Of a DNA stretch of 64,000 nucleotides, positions 55,874-64,000 are shown one piece after another. The notes under the pieces were generated by a model. The model searched no databases. It saw only the letters and a list, made by a program, of their open reading frames with translations, and had not been told where the DNA came from. How positions within the stretch are numbered: position 1 is the first letter of the stretch; each line of letters starts with the position of its first letter. Origin of the DNA: Dictyostelium discoideum (taxonomy: Eukaryota); assembly GCA_000004695.1 (NCBI GenBank), contig CM000153.2, forward strand, positions 1,184,001 through 1,248,000. The letters run 5' to 3'. Both the position numbers and the translations under genes were made by a program.

Positions 55874-56105
55874 TCAATTTGAATGTAATGCTTGGTCCAA
55901 TATGTCAAAGGGTGCAGTTGAAATTAAAAGTGAAAAAAAAGCTCTAACTTTCCAAATTGGGTGTATTATAACTTGACAACAACCAACATCAACAATTTCG
56001 ATATCCATTAATTGAACAGACTCTGTTGGAACAAAGACAGAGTTTGCATTTTCTCTATTTATATACTATATTTATTTTAATTAATATTAGCCAGATGTTG
56101 GTAGG

Positions 56106-56136
<31 letters not shown>

Positions 56137-56653
56137 AAAAAAAAAAAAAAAAAAATTACTCACAGGAACACCTGATAATGGATCAATGAAATCGGACCAA
56201 TACCCTTTTTTTTTAATATTATCACAAACTTTAGTTGCTACATCAACAAACTAATATATATATATATTAATATGGAGTTTAAAAATATTATTAGAATATA
56301 AAATAAAAAAACAATTAAAAAAAAAAAAAATAAAAAAATAAACTAATATAATCATAATAATAATAAAATTTTAAACTTACCAAATTTGAACGAAGTTCTC
56401 TTTCTTCATCAACAGCAGATGAAAAGCCAGACATTGGTAAATTTGTTTGTGACCAACAAATAATTAAATAAAGTGGGGATTTATTTTCATCATCCATACA
56501 ACCAATATTTTTATCGCCATTGGTATCAATTAAATTTTTTAAATCGTTTGGAAACAATGATTTAAAATTTTTTAATAATAATGGGATTGAACATTTTTTA
56601 ATTGTATATTCAAACTTTACACTTTCAATAAATTCTGCTTCATTTAATTTCAT
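55874..56653 (-). CDS. MMADHC (cobalamin trafficking protein CblD) homologue, about 177 aa. Three exons, approximately 56653..56391, 56250..56160, 56052..55874.
   Basis: ATG at 56653. Donors GTAAGT and GTAATT. Matches the human MMADHC C-terminal domain: LLLKNFKSLFPN ~ LLRKDFESLFPE; KKGYWSDFIDPLSGVP ~ AEGYWADFIDPSSGLA; DVGCCQVIIHPIWKVRAFFSLLISTAPFD ~ [29 protein letters not shown]. Exon boundaries are +/-2 nt, and the N-terminus may extend further. Confidence 0.6.
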
Positions 56654-57174
56654 TACTTCCTGTTTTGTTCTATGACTGTGTATGTAAAAAAAAAAAAAAA
56701 AAACTATTATTATTTCTCTCCGGAAAAAAAAAAAAAAAAAATAAAAAAAATAAAAATAAAAAAAGTGAAAAAAGCAAAGATTTTTTTTTTTAATTTTTTT
56801 TTTTTTTTTTTTTTTTTTTTATTCCTAATAATAGACTTATGTAATAATGACAAAAATAGTTAAGAAAAAAAAAAAAAAGGGGATATTTTTTAAATCTTTT
56901 TTTTTTAAATTGTTTTTTTTTTTTTTTTTTTGTATTTTTTTTTTATATATAGAAAACGTGGAAAGGGGGGGGGTGGTTTTTTTTTTGTGTGTTGGAGGTT
57001 TTATACAACAAATAGGGTTTTTTTTTTTTTACTTGTTTGGTTGAAGAGTGATTTTGATGATAACGATGATTGAGTTAAACTTCGTATATATGTGTGGTTG
57101 TAATTTTTGTTGGTATGTATGTGTGTGTGTGATGACTTTAATTGGAAAAAATTATAAAATATATTATTTTAGTT

Positions 57175-58242
57175 TTAACAACAACCAGATTTTGGAGAGA
57201 TTGGAGCAGAGGAACCTGGTACAACCTTATTTTTATCAACGGTTTGAGTTGGTTGAGAAGCTGTTAATCTATTTTTAATTTCAGTGGCCATTGTCATAAA
57301 TGCTTGTTCTACGTTTGTTGATTGTTTTGCAGAGGTTTCGAGGAAAGGAATTTGAAGAGAGTCGGCAAAAGCTTTGGCGGTATTGAAATCTACAACTTTT
57401 TTAGCGACAAGATCACTCTTGTTTCCAACTAAAAGTTTATTTACATTTTCGCATGCAAATCTATCAATTTCTTGTAACCATTGTCTAACGTTTTCAAATG
57501 TTAATTTATCAGTTACATCATAAACAACAATGATACCATGGGCACCACGATAATATGATGATGTAATTGTTCTAAATCTTTCTTGTCCTGCAGTATCCCA
57601 CTAAATAATTAAAAAAAAAATAAAAAAATAAAAAAGAGAATTGTAAATAAAAATGATTTTATATCGTTATTTTTAATAGTTTTTTTTTTTTTTTTTTTTT
57701 TACATACAATTTGTAATTTAATGGTTTTACCATTTAATTCGATAGTTCTAATCTTGAAATCGACACCAATTGTTGAGATGAAACTTTCTGAATAAGTGTC
57801 ATCAGCAAATCTAAGTAAAAGACATGATTTACCTACACCACTATCACCGATTAAAAGTAATTTAAATAAATAATGACTAAAAATAAAAAAATTTAAAAAT
57901 ATTAGTTATTTATTATTATTCATTTTATTTTTTATTGATTATTTATTTTTTTTTATTTTTTTTATTATTATTTTTTATTTTTTTTTTTTATATTATTATC
58001 TTCTTGTCTATTGATATATCCCTCTATTGTTATTTTGTTTTAAGTTAAGTTTTTTTTTTTTTTTTTTTTTTTTTAAACTTTAAAAAAAAAAAAGGGGTGT
58101 TGTTTAGAGAATTCGTTCGTTCTTTCGTTTAAACTTTTTGATATTTGATACATTAAACCTGCTTTTTCAGTGAGTATCTGTGCATTACCAAGCCAATTAT
58201 TTATTCTATTTTTTTTTTTTTTATAAAAGTTTTTTTTTTTTT

Positions 58243-58274
<32 letters not shown>

Positions 58275-58406
58275 TTTTTTTTTCAATATAGTTTCTTTGA
58301 AGAGCAAAAAAAAAAAAAAATTTCTGTGCTAAACCTAATTTTTTATTTATTTATTTTTTATTTTTTTTATTTATTTTTATTTATTGACTTACTAATCTGG
58401 GTTCAT
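57175..58406 (-). CDS. rab1A: Rab1-family small GTPase (Ypt1/Rab1), 202 aa. Three exons: 58406..58393 (MNPD-), 57876..57708, 57600..57175, with a ~0.5-kb first intron.
   Basis: Exon 1 ATGAACCCAGATTA|GTAAGT (revcomp of 58387-58406). Exon 2 (Y)[56 protein letters not shown]|GTATGT. Exon 3 [31 protein letters not shown]...LLVGNKSDL...[14 protein letters not shown]...SGCC* has all G1-G5 boxes and the CC prenylation end, with near identity to Rab1. The paralogue call (rab1A versus rab1B-D) is from memory. Confidence 0.8.
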
Positions 58407-59068
58407 TTCTAATTCTATAGAATTTAGTTTTTATAATTGGATGTGTTAAAAATAAAGTAATAATATAAAAAAAAAAAAAAAATATAGTGGAGTTGTGTGT
58501 ATGTGCAAAAAATATAAAAAAACCCAAAAAAAAAAAAAAAAAAAAAAGAAAAAATTTTTAAAAAAAAAATAAAAAATTAAAAAAAAAAATAAAAAAAAAA
58601 AAATTCAATTTTCAATTATGTGGTTACTTTTAATTTTTTTTTTTTTCTATTTTTTTTTTATTTTTTTTTTTTTATTTTTTTTTTAAAAAATTACCTTTGT
58701 TTTTATTTCCTATTCCGTTGATTTTTGATTTTCTTTATTGGATGTGATTTTTATAAAATAAAAATAAAAATTAAAATTAAAATTAAAACTAGAAATAAAT
58801 AAATAAATAAATAATAAATAAATTAATTAAATAATTAATTATATCATTTTAAATAAGAAGTTTTTTTTTTAAAGAAAAAAAAATAAAAAAATAAAAAAAA
58901 ATAAAAAAAAATAAAAAAATAAAAAAATAATTAAATTTAATTTCAAAGAAAAAAAAGACGTATTTGTTCAAAGAAAAAAATTCGGATATCTTTTTAAAAG
59001 AAAGTATGTGTATCATATATCTAAGATTTTTATTTTTATTTTTATTTTATTTTATTTTAATTTTTATA

Positions 59069-59112
<44 letters not shown>

Positions 59113-59224
59113 ATTTTAGATATGTGTAATAATAAAAAAAAAAAAAAAAAGTGAATTGTACTGACAAGGATTTTTTTTTTATTTTAACAATTTTTTATTT
59201 TTTATTTTAGATATTGTATAAAAA

Positions 59225-62032
59225 ATGGATGATATTAATAGTGAAAAATTATTTTTTAAAATTATTAGAAATAAAATAATATTTAAAATAATTTTATCAT
59301 TTTTAAAATTAAATAAAAAACTTTGTAATAAAGAATTAAATTATAAAATATTTTTAAATCCAGAATTATATAATAATAATTATTATTTCAAAAGAATTAA
59401 AAAAGAAAATGAAATAAAGAGTGGTTCAATTCATTGTAATGATAGAGAAGAATTTGAAATTAGGTCAACCTTTTTCAAATTTAATCAATTTTCATCAATA
59501 AATAATATTGAACAAATGTTTGAATTAAATAAAATTGAATTATTAAAATCAAAAATAAAATCAATAATTTATAATCAAGATTCTTCTAATGGTGGTGGTG
59601 ATGATGATGGTTCAATATCAACATTATCAACAGATTTAATATTTAATAAAAAATCAATTTCAAATATTTTTCAAAAAATCGATGGAAATTTAATTGAAAA
59701 TCAAATTTTTTATATCAAACTTTTATCAAATAATCCATATTTAGCCATTGATTATGATCTTTTATCAATGTCTTGTAAATTTAATAATTTATTTTTATTA
59801 AAATTATTAATTAGAAATAAAATTGTTGACATATCAGCTATTCAACCAAATTATCCAATAATATTATCAATATATAATATAAGAGATAATATCACCCTTT
59901 CAATAGATTCATTATTAAAAAAGTCTTTAAAATATGGTAGAGTTGAAATCATTGAATATTTATTATCAATGAATTTATCAAAGACAACAATATTATCAAC
60001 ATCATTATTACCATTTAAATTATCAATTGAATGTAAAATTAAAGAGAATAGAAATGAAATTGTTAAATTATTATTCAATAAATTAAATTATTTACAAGAT
60101 TTCATTAATAATAAACAAATTAATTTAACATCATTAATTGTTAATGAAAAACCATTTATTTCAATATTAAATTTATTTGATTTACAAATTAAAATTTTAG
60201 AAATAATTTTAAATAAATTTCATACTTTAATAATTAATAATAATAATGATGATGATCCAAAAAATAAAGTTTCATCGAATTTTATAATGTCTGAAATTAC
60301 AAAAATTATTGAACATAATTTAATATTAAATTTCACACAGCAATCATCATGTGAATTGGTTAGGAAATTAATTTTAATTTTTACAAAATTAACTCCAAAG
60401 AATAATTCAAAAACTAAACATTTATTAGAAAAAGAAATTGAAATTTTTAAAAATAATAGTAGTAATAATCAAATTAAATATATTAAATGGGTTTTATATC
60501 ATACTTTACCATTGTTATGTGACTCATATTGGAATTTTTTAAATTTAAATTTTAGAAATTTAATATACAGTTTTTCAATTAAATTCGAAAATCAACAACA
60601 TCAAGAAAAAACTTTAAAAAAGTATTTCAAATCAAGTTTAATCACTATAAATGATTTATTTAAACCAATTTCAATGTTAGATTTTAATTATTTAAAAATT
60701 ATGATTTCAAATTTTAAACAATTCAATTCAAAAGATTATATAATTTCAAATGGTATAATTTTATTTGACTTAATAAAATCATCATCATCATCATTCACTC
60801 ATGATAATATTGATAAATTATTAGAATTTATAAAATTAATAATTTTAAAAATATCATCAAATAAATTAAAAAATAATAATGATGATGATGATGAAATTTT
60901 ATTTTTAACTTTAAATTCATTAATTCATCAATTAATTAAAATTAAAGATATTAAAAATTTATTAATTATTAAAATTAATTTACAATTAAATAAATTGCAA
61001 AATCATATTAAAATTAATATTAATAATTCAAATTATTTAATTAAAAATCAATTATTGGAATTAATTGAACAACAACAAGATAATAATAATAATAATAATA
61101 ATTTAATAATTAATAAAGATTTTAAATTTTTATTAAATGATAAAAGTGGGAAAGTATTAGGTCAATTATTAAAGAGAAGGATAGTAACTGAAATAGCAAA
61201 AAGTGATGAAATTGAATTTGCCATTTCAAGACAATTGTATATACCAATAATAAAATTAATAAAGTATAATAAATTTTTACCAATAAATAATAATAATAAT
61301 AATAATTTACAAGAAAAGCAAGAAAGAATTAATTATTTAAGGAATATTAGAGATGAGTTTTTAGGAAAATCAAATTTTGTTAGTTTTACATTTTTAAAAT
61401 GTTCAATTAATTATTTCGAAAATGAACTAGAGAAATTGGGTGAAAAAAGGATAACAGTCATTCAAAATTATGTTTATTATATATTAAGATCAATAGATGC
61501 AGGTGATTTTTATGAAACTTTTAAATATTTTCAATATTTAGATTTAATTTTTAAAAATGATCTTGTTGGAGTAATTGAATCAATATGTATAAAAATCGGT
61601 GAAATTGGTAATACTGAATTACTTTCTGATCTTTTAGATAATTTAGATGCTATTTATTATTGTAATGATAGTGGTAGTAATGAAGATGAAAAAAATAAAA
61701 ATTGTAAATTACATACATATTTTTTATTTCAAATTTTATCGAAATCAATTTTCTCTCAACAATTACCATCAATTAAATTAATTCATTCAAGATATAAAAC
61801 TAATTTTAATTTATTTCCATGTATAAATTCAAAAAATCAATCAAATTTAATTTATCAATCAAATTTAGAATCATTTGCAATATTATCTTTAACATTAAGA
61901 TCATTTAAAATTTTTGAATATTTAGTATTCAAAATTAGTATTAAATTCGATAAAAATAAGTTTAACCCATTAAAAAAAGATAAATCTCTTCAAATTTATC
62001 TTGATAGTTTATCAAAAATAAATAAACTATAA
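59225..62032 (+). CDS. Hypothetical protein, 935 aa, single exon, Asn/Ile/Lys-rich.
   Basis: ATG at 59225 and an uninterrupted 2.8-kb frame in an AT-rich context where random ORFs are short. Some non-low-complexity stretches, but no family recognised. Confidence 0.5.
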   Translation: MDDINSEKLFFKIIRNKIIFKIILSFLKLNKKLCNKELNYKIFLNPELYNNNYYFKRIKKENEIKSGSIHCNDREEFEIRSTFFKFNQFSSINNIEQMFELNKIELLKSKIKSIIYNQDSSNGGGDDDGSISTLSTDLIFNKKSISNIFQKIDGNLIENQIFYIKLLSNNPYLAIDYDLLSMSCKFNNLFLLKLLIRNKIVDISAIQPNYPIILSIYNIRDNITLSIDSLLKKSLKYGRVEIIEYLLSMNLSKTTILSTSLLPFKLSIECKIKENRNEIVKLLFNKLNYLQDFINNKQINLTSLIVNEKPFISILNLFDLQIKILEIILNKFHTLIINNNNDDDPKNKVSSNFIMSEITKIIEHNLILNFTQQSSCELVRKLILIFTKLTPKNNSKTKHLLEKEIEIFKNNSSNNQIKYIKWVLYHTLPLLCDSYWNFLNLNFRNLIYSFSIKFENQQHQEKTLKKYFKSSLITINDLFKPISMLDFNYLKIMISNFKQFNSKDYIISNGIILFDLIKSSSSSFTHDNIDKLLEFIKLIILKISSNKLKNNNDDDDEILFLTLNSLIHQLIKIKDIKNLLIIKINLQLNKLQNHIKININNSNYLIKNQLLELIEQQQDNNNNNNNLIINKDFKFLLNDKSGKVLGQLLKRRIVTEIAKSDEIEFAISRQLYIPIIKLIKYNKFLPINNNNNNNLQEKQERINYLRNIRDEFLGKSNFVSFTFLKCSINYFENELEKLGEKRITVIQNYVYYILRSIDAGDFYETFKYFQYLDLIFKNDLVGVIESICIKIGEIGNTELLSDLLDNLDAIYYCNDSGSNEDEKNKNCKLHTYFLFQILSKSIFSQQLPSIKLIHSRYKTNFNLFPCINSKNQSNLIYQSNLESFAILSLTLRSFKIFEYLVFKISIKFDKNKFNPLKKDKSLQIYLDSLSKINKL

Positions 62033-62305
62033 TCTAATTAAATCTACTATTTTTTTTATTATTTTTTTTAATTTTATTTTATTTTATTTTATTTTATTTA
62101 ATTAAATTTATTTAATTATTTCTTTTTATTATTTTTCTAAACCCAAAAAAAAAAAAAAAAAGAAAAAAAAAAATTGTATAAAAAAAAAATTATTAAAAAA
62201 AAAAAAAAAACCAACAACTGATTGTTTTGATCAAAATTTTTTGAGATGGGTTTGTGTGTGGAAAATGAAAAAAAAAAAAAAAATATTTGCTCTGAAAAAA
62301 AAAAA

Positions 62306-62340
<35 letters not shown>

Positions 62341-63299
62341 TAAGAGAAAAATAGGATAGAGAAAAAAAATATTTGTTTGTTTTTTTTTTTTTTCAATTGT
62401 AATAATAGAATAATACAAAATAAAAAGGTTAATTGAACATATATAGAATTTAGTAAGTACACCCCCAAAAAATATATATTTTTTTTTTTTTTTTTTTTTT
62501 TTCTAAAATCATATCGTCATCATCACTATTTGCGTACAAAGTTTATTTTTATTTTTATTTTTTATTTTTTTTATTTTTATTTTTTATTGGAGTTCGGCTT
62601 TCTATTGTTGGGCTTCTAAATTGCCTGCATCACTTTCATTATTAAATTGGTTTAAAAATATCTATTTTTTAATTTAATTTTTTTAATTTTTTTAGTTTTT
62701 TTTTTTTATCAATTTTTAAACAAACCCCAAAAAAAAAAGAAAAAAAAAAAAAAAAAAAATTTTAAATTAAAATTTAAATATAAATCTTATGTATCTCATA
62801 TAATTAATACAGTAATTTTGTATGTATGCTTTTAATAAATAATACAAAAAAAAAAAATAAAATAAAATAAAATAAAATAAAAAAAATAAAATAAAATAAA
62901 AATAAAAATAATTAAATAATTAAATAAATAATTAAATAATTAAATAATTAAATAATTAAATAATTTATTTTATTCAGTTAAGTGTGAGGAAGAAGATTTT
63001 ATTTTTATTTTTATTTTTATTTTTATTTTTATTTTTTTATTTTTTCAAAAGTGTAAAATGTCGTTTGAATAAGATTTGTTTATGTATTGGTAATATCGAC
63101 GATTGTAATATCACCATTGTTTTTTAATATTATTATTATCATTATTTTTATTTTTATTTTTATTTTTATTTTTATTATTATCACTTAAGATAATAAACCC
63201 ATGTGACTGTTTCCGAAACAAATGACACACAATGTGGTATTATTGTTTGTATGCACCACACCACTTTTTTTTCTTTTTTTTTTTCTTTTTTTTTTTTTT

Positions 63300-63335
<36 letters not shown>

Positions 63336-63342
63336 GACACAA

Positions 63343-63410
<68 letters not shown>

Positions 63411-63469
63411 CTTTAAAAAAAAATAATAAACAAAATCATTTTTTATACAAAGTGAAATAAAGAAAAGTA

Positions 63470-63470
63470 C

Positions 63471-63527
<57 letters not shown>

Positions 63528-63550
63528 TAATAATAATAATAATAATAATA
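63470..63550. repeat. (AAT)n microsatellite. Nearby are a T-homopolymer block (63240-63420) and a (TTTA)n block (63655-63730).
   Basis: Direct read. These generate the poly-F/K/L/I pseudo-ORFs in the track at 63222-63824. Confidence 0.85.
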
Positions 63551-63682
63551 ATTTGATTTTCAATCAATTGGTAATTCACAATTGTTAGCAGGTAAAACAA
63601 AGGGGAACTTGAACAATAATCCATTTTTTTTTCTTTTACACACTGTTTTTATTTATTTATTTGTTTTTTTTTATTTATTTTT

Positions 63683-63729
<47 letters not shown>

Positions 63730-63908
63730 TTTTATTTTATTTTATTTTATTTTATTTTATTTATTTATTTTTTGGAAAAATAAAAAAAAATCCCTATAAT
63801 TGTTGTTACCATTATCATTTTTAGCATCATGTTTTATTTATAGTACATCACCCCACTCACGACTTTGTGGTGTTTTTTTTTTTTTTTTTTTTTTTAAAAA
63901 TTTTTTCT

Positions 63909-63939
<31 letters not shown>

Positions 63940-64000
63940 ATTTTTTTACAATTCCATTTTATTTTTTTAATTGATAATAGATAATTAATTTGTTAAATTT

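Overview
This window is AT-rich (~75-80% A+T) eukaryotic nuclear DNA with the hallmarks of Dictyostelium discoideum: long poly(A)/poly(T) tracts, (AAT)n/(CAA)n triplet tracts encoding poly-Asn/Gln/Thr inside ORFs, and short AT-rich introns with GTAAGT/GTATGT donors and (T)nAG acceptors. The gene content suggests (inference only) a chromosome 4 region carrying rab1A and pgtA. There are no prokaryotic features (no operons, CRISPR or RBS), and no tRNA or rRNA genes were detected. I reconstructed about 19 protein-coding genes, most of them multi-exon, by translating the six-frame track across donor/acceptor sites and comparing with remembered homologues. They are: ODR-4-like (partial, runs off the 5' edge of the window), GOS28/GOSR1 Qb-SNARE, a large type-I transmembrane glycoprotein, Rae1/Gle2, the NEDD8 E1 subunit UBA3, an ADF-H (coactosin-like) domain protein, a family-C 'Grl' GPCR, ALG6, a giant UBR4/p600-type E3 ligase (~18.2 kb, ~5,800 aa), a small conserved two-exon protein, a SAP30-like protein, a cyclopropane-fatty-acid-synthase-like methyltransferase, a low-complexity coiled-coil protein, the Skp1 glycosyltransferase PgtA (candidate), mitochondrial GrpE, a MMADHC homologue, Rab1A, and two hypothetical proteins. 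The ORF track calls TTG/GTG as 'M', so several listed starts are not real ATGs and I corrected them where I could. Exon coordinates are my best manual reading and may be off by 1-3 nt. The points most worth a second look are: repeated use of a GTTTGT 5' splice site, tandem TPRTNDL repeats in the GPCR tail, two anomalous G/C homopolymer islands that look like sequence-quality artefacts, a GC-richer ORF-less island (possible ncRNA or 5' exon), and an inverted/direct-repeat element in a divergent promoter.
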